Of a stretch of 64,000 nt of DNA, positions 45,088 to 52,147 are shown one piece after another. How positions within the stretch are numbered: position 1 is the stretch's first letter; each line of letters starts with the position of its first letter. Source of the DNA: Candidatus Micrarchaeota archaeon (GTDB lineage Archaea > Micrarchaeota > Micrarchaeia > Anstonellales > Bilamarchaeaceae); contig JAHJCT010000017.1 of the NCBI GenBank assembly GCA_018812715.1, forward strand, positions 204,019 to 268,018, given 5' to 3'. The position numbers and the translations under genes were made by a program. The notes below the pieces were generated by a model. It ran no database searches. It was not told the origin of the DNA and saw only the letters and a program-made list of their open reading frames with translations.

Positions 45088-45507
45088 TTATAACTTCTGC
45101 CCCAGCATTTCAATGAGTTCTTTTGTTGTGAGAACCTTTACCCCTTTCTGTTTCTTGAAGTGTTTATCATCACTCCAAATAGGAGCTTTGGTTGCCAAAG
45201 CTGCCGCAATGAACGGGACATCAGCTGAATCTATTTTTTCCATTATCCCCTTTGCTTCTCCCATGTATATAACAATTATTTTATCGTCTAGAATAGTCAT
45301 TTTTGAAAAAAGCTTGTTCAGAATCATCTCGAGATCTGTTTCTGATATTTTTGCTTTCTTGAGAATCTCCTTCTTATGATTGCCTAGTTCTTCCATTGAA
45401 AAGCCAATCGTAATGAGTTCTCCATCGAAATGGGTGATGATTTTCCTGGAAACCCCATCTCGCACTAGGGCAGCGATGATTCTGTTGGTATCTACAACAA
45501 GCCTCAT
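45088..45507 (-). CDS. vapC: PIN domain ribonuclease (VapC-like toxin)
   Basis: MRLVVDTNRIIAAL start and a late SDDKHF acidic motif. 4-nt overlap with the upstream antitoxin gene. Confidence 0.7.
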   Translation of the reverse strand: MRLVVDTNRIIAALVRDGVSRKIITHFDGELITIGFSMEELGNHKKEILKKAKISETDLEMILNKLFSKMTILDDKIIVIYMGEAKGIMEKIDSADVPFIAAALATKAPIWSDDKHFKKQKGVKVLTTKELIEMLGQKL

Positions 45508-45725
45508 TTTGAGAACCTTTTTCTCATTTTAGCTTTTACGTCATGGCCTATTCTCTCGGCATCTTCTTCAGTCATCTTACTGTTCTTCAGAACTTCGTCC
45601 ATCCAATGCAGCTCTCTAATTTTCTTCTCGAAAGCCTGTCTGGCCACGTCGCTCCATTTGAGCTCTGAATGGGCAATCATCTCTTTGTAGAGTTCTTCTG
45701 GAATCGAAAGCGTCATGTTAACCAT
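45504..45725 (-). CDS. vapB: VapB-like antitoxin (RHH-type N-terminus)
   Basis: MTLSIPEELYKEM beta-strand/helix start. Coupled to the PIN gene. Confidence 0.5.
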   Translation of the reverse strand: MVNMTLSIPEELYKEMIAHSELKWSDVARQAFEKKIRELHWMDEVLKNSKMTEEDAERIGHDVKAKMRKRFSK

Positions 45726-45786
45726 AATCTCACCTATTTGTATTATGTGCTAACACATATTTAAAGCTTTGCTACAAAAATGAGAA

Positions 45787-45900
45787 AATGCAAGAAAGGC
45801 ACTCGAAGCAAGCTTCATTACAGTCAGTTTTTTGCCTCACTTTTCAAGAATCAGTTTTTTGGTTCTTTTTTCCTAAAAAAGAACAATGCAGGAGGAAGGA
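45787..45900 (+). repeat. direct repeat copy 2 (core 45812-45900)
   Basis: See copy 1. The upstream extension is more diverged (aatgcaagaaaggcactcgaagca versus aatgcaggaggcgcttgaatcga). Confidence 0.85.
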
Positions 45901-46177
45901 TTGACGGCACTATTTTAGAGCACCAGTTTTTGGTGCAGCTTTCTAAAAAGGTGCATTCGAACCTTCGAAGGCGCGTAGCCCATGTGCCTTTTAGTAAAAG
46001 GCACCCCAAAACGGGGAGTTACATGTTAAGCCAGCAGATTTCCCAAACCGCAATTGGAAAAGGAAAATAACGCGACTATTTACGACCTTGTTTGTTGTTC
46101 CTCAGGCCTTTTTCCAGGGTTTTTGGCCGTGGAATGGCAGAGGTCAAAAGGCCCCTTGAGTCTGCCACGTTTGACCG
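45901..46177 (-). ncRNA. candidate structured ncRNA of unknown class (strand and ends uncertain)
   Basis: Locally GC-rich and has no credible ORF. Perfect hairpins at 45920-45936, 45984-46004, 46004-46016 and 46105-46128. Two interleaved perfect 7-bp helices at 46135-46176 suggest a pseudoknot. A promoter-like repeat lies immediately upstream on the minus strand. Confidence 0.3.
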
Positions 46178-46241
46178 CTTCGCTACTCCTGCAGAAACTT
46201 TCCTTAGATGAAACAATTGTTAAAGTTTCATCAAACTTCCT
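46178..46241. repeat. 64-bp perfect direct repeat, copy a
   Basis: cttcgctactcctgcagaaactttccttagatgaaacaattgttaaagtttcatcaaacttcct is identical to 46295-46358. Contains the 8-bp inverted repeat gatgaaac/gtttcatc. Confidence 0.9.
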
Positions 46242-46294
46242 GAGTTTTCCTCAGGATTGGAGTTGCGAATCGTGAACGGATTGCCGTTCAGGTA

Positions 46295-46358
46295 CTTCGC
46301 TACTCCTGCAGAAACTTTCCTTAGATGAAACAATTGTTAAAGTTTCATCAAACTTCCT
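46295..46358. repeat. 64-bp perfect direct repeat, copy b (period 117 bp)
   Basis: Identical to copy a. The 53-bp spacer carries two perfect 6-bp hairpins (cctgag-ttttc-ctcagg and gaacgg-attg-ccgttc). Confidence 0.9.
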
Positions 46359-46373
46359 AAGAAAAAATAAAAG
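46359..46373 (-). terminator. oligo-T stretch after the ferredoxin gene
   Basis: The minus strand reads CTTTTATTTTTTCTT directly after the stop codon. Confidence 0.4.
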
Positions 46374-46646
46374 TTAATACTCTACAACCACCTTGCCTTT
46401 CTTTATCTTGCATTGGCAAAGCAATCTTTCATCAGAACTTCCACCAAAAATCTCCAAACCTGCCTTTTCTGTTTCATTGGCCGGTTCAAGATTCTCCATT
46501 CCTTCAAGAACTTTCACTTTGCATGATCCGCAAGTTCCTGCTTTACATGCAAAAAGAATAGAACACTTTCCTTCTAGTTCAACAAGTGATGAACCATCGG
46601 GAACTTCAATTTTTTTTCCTTCATTTTTGATTTCTACAGTTGCCAT
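46374..46646 (-). CDS. 2Fe-2S ferredoxin-like protein
   Basis: CKAGTCGSCKV...C Cys spacing (Cx4Cx2C...C) in a 90-aa beta-grasp-sized protein. Confidence 0.7.
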   Translation of the reverse strand: MATVEIKNEGKKIEVPDGSSLVELEGKCSILFACKAGTCGSCKVKVLEGMENLEPANETEKAGLEIFGGSSDERLLCQCKIKKGKVVVEY

Positions 46647-46658
46647 AAAATCACACCA

Positions 46659-47240
46659 TCATTTTCTTGCGAAAACAAGATAAGCTGTATGCATAAGACC
46701 AAAATGCTTGGGTCTGAATCCTCGCTCTCTTGCCTCATATTCTCTTACAATTCCTTCTATTGTAAACACTTCACTAAAAACCCCTTCAGCAGCAATATGG
46801 AGTGCTTTTGCCTGTTCTGCATGCAAACAATGTGCTGCCAAATATCCATTCTTCTTCAGTGCCTTGTCTGCCATTTCAACTACTTTTTCTGCTTCTGCTA
46901 TATCACAAAAAACAAGATCCCAGGACCCATCGTTTTCATCTATTCCCTCCAGTACATCTTTATGCCTGAAAGTAACATTTTTCAATCCGCTGCGCTCAAC
47001 ATTTTTCTGTGCAAGGGCTAAAAATTCATCTCGTTTCTCATAACTTACGACTTCTTTAACAATATTGGCCAGTTGGACTGTCATAAAGCCTGTCCCTGAA
47101 CCAAGTTCAATTACTTTTGATTCTTTGCCAATGCCAGTATACCCAATTATCAATCCTGCATCCTTTGGTTGTGTTACTGCTGGGCCTCCTCTTTTCAATT
47201 TTGTCAATAATGCAGGAAAATGAAATTCAGTTTTCTTCAT
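46659..47240 (-). CDS. trmI: SAM-dependent tRNA (adenine-N1) methyltransferase, TrmI/Gcd14-like
   Basis: VIELGSGTGFMT motif I and a C-terminal ...RPKHFGLMHTAYLVFARK typical of TrmI. Confidence 0.65.
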   Translation of the reverse strand: MKKTEFHFPALLTKLKRGGPAVTQPKDAGLIIGYTGIGKESKVIELGSGTGFMTVQLANIVKEVVSYEKRDEFLALAQKNVERSGLKNVTFRHKDVLEGIDENDGSWDLVFCDIAEAEKVVEMADKALKKNGYLAAHCLHAEQAKALHIAAEGVFSEVFTIEGIVREYEARERGFRPKHFGLMHTAYLVFARK

Positions 47241-47287
47241 AGAAACTTTCCTCCGGCCATTCTCATGTTAAAGTTTCATCAAACTTC
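47241..47287. repeat. third, partial copy of the 64-bp repeat in the trmI 5' region
   Basis: agaaactttcct and gttaaagtttcatcaaacttc are identical to the repeat with the same 14-nt spacing, and only the central 14 nt differ. On the minus strand it abuts the trmI ATG. Confidence 0.7.
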
Positions 47288-47294
47288 TTAAGGT

Positions 47295-47732
47295 TTACTC
47301 CTTGAGTTTTTCTTTAAATTCTACTAATTTTTGCCTTAGTTCTGGATCACTTATTGCAAGTATTTCAATAGCCAGAATAGCCGCATTCTTTCCATTATTG
47401 ATTCCAACACTTGCAACTGGAACATTGGGTGGCATTTGGGCAATGGAAAGCAATGAATCAAGTCCTCCAAGGGCAGCATCAATAGGAACGCCTATAACTG
47501 GTTTTATTGTCTTTGATGCAACAACTCCTGGGAGTGCTGCACTCAGACCTGCAATTGCTATAAACACATCAGCAGTACTTTCTTTTACAAGCATTTCAAC
47601 TTTCTCTGGATTTCTGTGTGCAGATGCAACCTCAGATCTGTAAGATACTCCGAAAGCACTCAGCACACCCTCTACCTTTGTTACTATCTCCTCGTCGCTC
47701 TTGCTCCCGCTTAAAATAAGTACTTTTTCCAT
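47295..47732 (-). CDS. purE: PurE (N5-CAIR mutase / AIR carboxylase catalytic subunit)
   Basis: ILSGSKSD, ASAHRNP and AGLSAALPGVVAS motifs. Confidence 0.85.
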   Translation of the reverse strand: MEKVLILSGSKSDEEIVTKVEGVLSAFGVSYRSEVASAHRNPEKVEMLVKESTADVFIAIAGLSAALPGVVASKTIKPVIGVPIDAALGGLDSLLSIAQMPPNVPVASVGINNGKNAAILAIEILAISDPELRQKLVEFKEKLKE

Positions 47733-47781
47733 ACTAACGTCTTATGCTAAACTCTTTAAAAACATTGAACAGAGTCTCTTT

Positions 47782-48093
47782 ATGGTAAAAGTGCTTTCCT
47801 TGAAAAAAAGATACATTGCCTTTGAGCTCCGCGGAAAAGAAATGAATGAAAAGGAACTCAAACATGCCATTTATACAGAGGCACTCACATTCTTTGGTGA
47901 ATATGGCCTTTCTTATGCGGCGCTTAAACTAATTGAGTATAATCCAGTAACAAAAAGAGGAATACTTCGATGCGAAAGGGATTACAAAGACAAAGTTCTT
48001 GGTTTTTTAGCACTTTCTGAAATTCGTTTAGTGGCTCTAAAATCAAGCGGAACTCTCAAGAGCTTAGAAAGTACGCTTTCTTCTATCCATTGA
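47782..48093 (+). CDS. rnp2: RNase P protein component 2 (Pop5/Rpp14 family)
   Basis: KKRYIAFEL...FGEYG...GILRCERDYKDKV...SSGTLKS pattern. ATG at 47782. Confidence 0.6.
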   Translation: MVKVLSLKKRYIAFELRGKEMNEKELKHAIYTEALTFFGEYGLSYAALKLIEYNPVTKRGILRCERDYKDKVLGFLALSEIRLVALKSSGTLKSLESTLSSIH

Positions 48094-48374
48094 ATATATT
48101 CAGTATTGCCCCCCTCAACATCTATCTTCAATATTTCAGCTACTTTATATGGGTGATTCTGTTTGATGTACATCTCCAGTTGCTTGTATGCTTTTTCAGT
48201 TGTTTTTATCACAAGGAGGTATTCTGGACGTTTCTCTATTTTCCCTTTCCATTTGTAAATTGAATTTTCAACCTTGATCACATTAACACACGCAGCGAGT
48301 TCCTTTTCAACTAAATTCGTTGCTACTTCTTCTGCTTTTTCCTTATCCGGATATGCTGAAAGAACAATCTTCAT
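47982..48374 (-). CDS. cutA: CutA1 divalent-cation tolerance protein with a ~30-aa C-terminal extension
   Basis: ELAACVNV...YKWKGKIE...EYLLVIKT...HPYKVAEI pattern. The tail overlaps the 3' end of the Pop5 gene. Confidence 0.7.
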   Translation of the reverse strand: MKIVLSAYPDKEKAEEVATNLVEKELAACVNVIKVENSIYKWKGKIEKRPEYLLVIKTTEKAYKQLEMYIKQNHPYKVAEILKIDVEGGNTEYIQWIEESVLSKLLRVPLDFRATKRISESAKKPRTLSL

Positions 48375-48375
48375 A

Positions 48376-49566
48376 TTACCCCTTTTTCTTGAAAACAATC
48401 TCAACAACATCTCTGTGCTTTAGCACATGCTCCTTTCCAATTACCTGTTTTTTCTTTACATCTATTGCTTTGATGAAACCATTTCCTATATCGCTATGCA
48501 ATCTGAATGCAAAATCAATTGCAGTGGTGCCTGGTGGCATTAAATAGCAATCAGGGATCACATTTCCCTGCGAATCTTCTAGTTTTCCTACCCCGCCAGG
48601 AAAAACAGCTATATACTGAAGGAAATCAAATACGGCCGCATTCAAGCATTTTTGTACTCCTGTTCCGTTGCATTTATCACACACATTTTTCAATATCCCA
48701 AGTGCCTTTTTTTGCTGTTCATCTGCTTTTTTTATCTCAAATGTTTCATCGCCTGGGAGATAAGATACATACTCGTGCTTAGCAGCTTCTTTCAGGGCTA
48801 TCTCAGCTTCTGAAGAACATGGGATAATAAGATAATCTGGAAATTCTTTTTTCAATTTCTGATAATTGCCCCATCCATGCGGAAGATCACACTTATTTGC
48901 TGCGATTATTGTTGGTTTTCCCATATGCCTTAATTTTTTTGCAAGTGCCATCTTTTCTTCTTCTGTCCATTCTTCCAGGGCCTTCTCCTCGAGATTAAGG
49001 CTTTTCAATACTCTCCCAACTATCTCTCTATTCATGCCAAGCCCACTAAACTGTTCGGTAAGTGCATCTTCATTTTTGCCTTTGTGCTTTGCTTCTTTTT
49101 CTAGTTTTTTCCAATTCCTATCTAGAATTCCCTTTATCCAGAAATCAAGTTCTTCTTCAAGAAATCTTACATCATTACATGGATCGTAGCTGCCTGCAGA
49201 AACTTTCTCACCCACTTCATTTGTGGATCCGCTTGCATCAACAATATGAACGAGCACATCTGCCTGTCTCAAATCATCAAGAAATTTATTTCCTAGTCCT
49301 TTTCCTTCATGTGCTCCTGGTACTAGGCCAGCTACATCCAGAAGTTCAACCGGAACGAATCTTCTAGAATCTATACAATAACCAGCTCTTGGATTGCATT
49401 TCTTTCCAAATTCCTTATCTACACATTCTACTTCAACATAAGCCATCGCATGATTTGGTTTTATTGTAGTAAAAGGACGTGGCGATCGCTCTACAGTTGC
49501 AGATGTTGCTGCCATGAAAAATGTACTTTTCCCCGTACTAGGTTTGCCAACAATTCCAATAAGCAT
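48376..49566 (-). CDS. Obg-family GTPase (YchF/Ygr210-like) with C-terminal TGS domain
   Basis: [16 protein letters not shown]1 motif, DVAGLV G3, NKCD G4, and a TGS-like C-terminus. Confidence 0.8.
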   Translation of the reverse strand: MLIGIVGKPSTGKSTFFMAATSATVERSPRPFTTIKPNHAMAYVEVECVDKEFGKKCNPRAGYCIDSRRFVPVELLDVAGLVPGAHEGKGLGNKFLDDLRQADVLVHIVDASGSTNEVGEKVSAGSYDPCNDVRFLEEELDFWIKGILDRNWKKLEKEAKHKGKNEDALTEQFSGLGMNREIVGRVLKSLNLEEKALEEWTEEEKMALAKKLRHMGKPTIIAANKCDLPHGWGNYQKLKKEFPDYLIIPCSSEAEIALKEAAKHEYVSYLPGDETFEIKKADEQQKKALGILKNVCDKCNGTGVQKCLNAAVFDFLQYIAVFPGGVGKLEDSQGNVIPDCYLMPPGTTAIDFAFRLHSDIGNGFIKAIDVKKKQVIGKEHVLKHRDVVEIVFKKKG

Positions 49567-49596
49567 GATTAATCACTTTGTCATTTTCTTTTATAA

Positions 49597-50739
49597 TTAC
49601 TTCTTCAAAACCACAATACTCTCTCTTGTTTTTATTTTCTGTGGTTTTACATCTGCTATTCTTTCTGCACCAATGATTATTTCTGCTTCAAAGCCAATCC
49701 TCTCCCCTATCTCAGCAAGAATCTCATCAACAAGCACATGTGTCTGATGTATTACTGAATTGGAAACAATTATGTGTGTGCTTCCCCCATCCTGCAAAAC
49801 TCGGTACATTTCAGCTATTGACTGTTCCATATCTTTGAAATACGTGCCTATTATTGGAATCCTATATCCTATTTCTCCAACTTCTGGGGGCATTTCTTGG
49901 ACATCCATTTTCTTTCCAATAAATGATCTCACTGCGCGCATTCTCGTTTCTTCAGCCTCTGCTTTGCTCATATGCAATAAGCTCAATTCAAGTCCATAAA
50001 TTTTGGAATAATCTATGTTGTTTAAATATGGTGGGGAAGTTACAACCAAATCAACGCTTTCTTCAGGTAAATCCAGCCCTCTTGCATCACCTAAGAAAAC
50101 TTGCGGAACTGGTTCAAGTGCTTCGTTTTGTTCCAAATCCTCCAGTATTTTTTTCACTTTTCTTTTGAATATTTCTTTTGCAGGAAGCGCTCTCTTTCTT
50201 CGTGTTATTTTCAAAACTCCGCCATCCTTTACAATGATACTTGCCTGAGGAAGAATAGATAATAATGCTAAGAGCAAAAGATCACGTCCTTTCCCTTCCT
50301 CCTGCTCTATTGCATTCCGCAATGCCAGAATTTGATTGTAATTCCTTTTTGGGAATGCAGCACGGGCATCAAACAACTCAAACTCCCAACGTAGGGGACG
50401 CACGCCCTCTTCTGGTTTTATCTTTGTTGCTAAAAATGATTTAACGGATTCAATATCTTCTTTACTATAATTCTCGGTTTTTGTTTTTGAAATAAAAACT
50501 GCAAGAGAAGAAGCATCAACACCAACGGATTCAATTCCCCCCTGTTTTGCAGTTAATAACGTTGTCCCAACTCCACAAAAGGGATCTAGGATTATTTTTG
50601 GTTTTGAATTTCCAATTGCATATTCGACTATCTCCGGAGCAAATCCTTCTTTATACCAAAACCAGTTATGTGTTGGTTTACTCTTGGAATATTCAAAGGT
50701 CATATACTTTCCAAGATCATAATTTTGTTTGATTTTCAT
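49597..50739 (-). CDS. N6-adenine/N4-cytosine-type methyltransferase (SPPY motif), orphan; start uncertain (50739 or 50703)
   Basis: LDPFCGVGTT (motif I) and VVTSPPYLNNIDYSK (motif IV) are about 180 aa apart. No restriction endonuclease is recognisable nearby. Confidence 0.6.
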   Translation of the reverse strand: MKIKQNYDLGKYMTFEYSKSKPTHNWFWYKEGFAPEIVEYAIGNSKPKIILDPFCGVGTTLLTAKQGGIESVGVDASSLAVFISKTKTENYSKEDIESVKSFLATKIKPEEGVRPLRWEFELFDARAAFPKRNYNQILALRNAIEQEEGKGRDLLLLALLSILPQASIIVKDGGVLKITRRKRALPAKEIFKRKVKKILEDLEQNEALEPVPQVFLGDARGLDLPEESVDLVVTSPPYLNNIDYSKIYGLELSLLHMSKAEAEETRMRAVRSFIGKKMDVQEMPPEVGEIGYRIPIIGTYFKDMEQSIAEMYRVLQDGGSTHIIVSNSVIHQTHVLVDEILAEIGERIGFEAEIIIGAERIADVKPQKIKTRESIVVLKK

Positions 50740-51133
50740 TTCTTTTTCCTCGTTTTGCACCTTCTTTTGATAATTCATCTGCTTCGTTGTTTTTCTCACG
50801 TGGTATATGTTCAAAATGTACCTTAAGACCTTTACAAAGTTCATCTATTCTTTTTTTGAGTGGTTTCAATTTCAGATCTTTTACTTTATACTCATTATTT
50901 AATTGTCTAATCACAAGTTGACTATCACTTTTGATGTGTACCTCGCGTTCTCCCATCTGGTGAGCAGTTTCAAGTGCTTTAATCACTGCAGTATACTCAG
51001 CTATATTATTTGTCCCATTCCCTAAATACTCACTCAATTCTTCTACACATATCCCTTCACGATAAATTACAATGCCAATTCCCATAGGGCCGGGGTTTCC
51101 TAGCGAGGCTCCATCAGTATAAATTATCAGCAT
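50717..51133 (-). CDS. rnhA: ribonuclease HI
   Basis: IIYTDGASLGNPG, NNIAEYTAVIKALE, SDSQLVI and NNEADELS motifs (DEDD). Confidence 0.8.
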   Translation of the reverse strand: MLIIYTDGASLGNPGPMGIGIVIYREGICVEELSEYLGNGTNNIAEYTAVIKALETAHQMGEREVHIKSDSQLVIRQLNNEYKVKDLKLKPLKKRIDELCKGLKVHFEHIPREKNNEADELSKEGAKRGKRNENQTKL

Positions 51134-51183
51134 ATCTTAACCTTGCCTCATGCTTTTTATAATCTTTGTCGTTAGGTGTTCAC

Positions 51184-51633
51184 ATGTCATATTCCTTCAA
51201 TCCTTACCCCGTGGTTGGAGCAGTTCGAGCCGCTGTTATAGCAGCACTTTTCTCAATTTTCTTGTTATTTGTAACATTCTTTCTTGGCCCATGGACATTC
51301 ATTATTATCATTCTCGTTTGGGCATTGACCCTACTAAGAATAGTATCTGTATTCTTAATGGCCAAATATCAAGTTTTAACCTTAGAGAAAAATAGCATAA
51401 CTTATAGGGTTGGCGTTTTTTCTCATAGCAGCGTTGTTCTTCCTTATCAAAAAATCACAGAAGCAAGTTACAGTCAGGGCTTTATTCAACGTATTTTTGG
51501 GGTTGGAACGTTAAGATTAGATAGTGCGGGGGGCTCTCAAGTTGCTATTTATGTACAGGATGTTCGTCATGTCGATGTCCAAAAGACACTTCGTGAAATA
51601 GATGAGAAAGGTGGCAAGGTAGATACTAAATGA
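51184..51633 (+). CDS. membrane protein with bacterial PH (bPH_2/DUF304) domain
   Basis: Two TM helices followed by ...LPYQKITEASYSQGFIQRIFGVGTLRLDSAGG. ATG at 51184 is preceded by AGGTG. Confidence 0.55.
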   Translation: MSYSFNPYPVVGAVRAAVIAALFSIFLLFVTFFLGPWTFIIIILVWALTLLRIVSVFLMAKYQVLTLEKNSITYRVGVFSHSSVVLPYQKITEASYSQGFIQRIFGVGTLRLDSAGGSQVAIYVQDVRHVDVQKTLREIDEKGGKVDTK

Positions 51634-52112
51634 AATTCGATACGGATTATCTTGTAATTAATGATCGATCTCTTATACTTAAACTCCGTAGCCTTGGGGC
51701 AGGCGTAGAAGAAGGAGATGAAACAAAAATAACCTATCTTGAAGCTGCCTATTTTGCAGATCGTGGAGTACTTCCAGCAGATAAAGAAAAACTCCTGAAA
51801 CACGTTAAGGAAGACTTTGCAAAAGAAAAATATATTGTTATAAAGTACCTCAGAGACCAAGGCTATATCATTCGGCCAAGCCTTGATGGAAGTGGTTATC
51901 TTCGCCTCCATAGAAAAGGATATCGCCCTGGTGAAGATAAAACTTATTATCTGATTAAAGTAGTTCCAAAAGACTGGAAATGCAGCTCAGAATCCCTTTT
52001 GCCTTCTTTGGAAACCGCAGGAAAATTACGTAAGGAACTCGCTATCGCGATTGTTGATCCAGAATATGACAAACCTTTGTTTATAAAATTCGGAAGAATG
52101 AATTTTGATTGA
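51630..52112 (+). CDS. endA: tRNA-splicing endonuclease family protein, probably a non-catalytic (structural) subunit
   Basis: LEAAYFADRGVL, KYLRDQGYIIRPS, GYLRLHRKG, YYLIKVV and AGKLRKELAIAIVD align with the EndA C-terminal domain. The catalytic Tyr and His positions appear to be His and Thr. Confidence 0.6.
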   Translation: MKFDTDYLVINDRSLILKLRSLGAGVEEGDETKITYLEAAYFADRGVLPADKEKLLKHVKEDFAKEKYIVIKYLRDQGYIIRPSLDGSGYLRLHRKGYRPGEDKTYYLIKVVPKDWKCSSESLLPSLETAGKLRKELAIAIVDPEYDKPLFIKFGRMNFD

Positions 52113-52147
52113 TATACTTATAAGGAGTTCACTTACAAATAATTTTT

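Noticed and set aside
45780-46070. 96-aa ORF (MRKCKKGTRSKLHYSQFFASLF...).
   Set aside because: It runs through the 89-bp direct repeat and the hairpin-rich region. Its composition is low-complexity, and the equivalent frame in repeat copy 1 is closed.
46178-46358. Possible CRISPR array, given identical repeats with a unique spacer.
   Set aside because: There are only two copies. The 64-bp repeat and 53-bp spacer are outside usual CRISPR dimensions. A third partial copy serves as a gene 5' region, and no cas genes are in the window.
45901-46358. Outright annotation as RNase P RNA.
   Set aside because: The CR-I-like AAGGAAAGUUUC and CR-V-like GGCUUAAC can form only about 5 bp of P4. I could not find ACAGAA or other universal elements. 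The putative 5' part is duplicated. I kept it only as a hypothesis within the candidate-ncRNA finding.
51150-51395. 81-aa ORF overlapping the start of the bPH-domain gene.
   Set aside because: It is an alternative frame of the same region with no SD. The 51184 frame has AGGTG-ATG and a recognisable domain.
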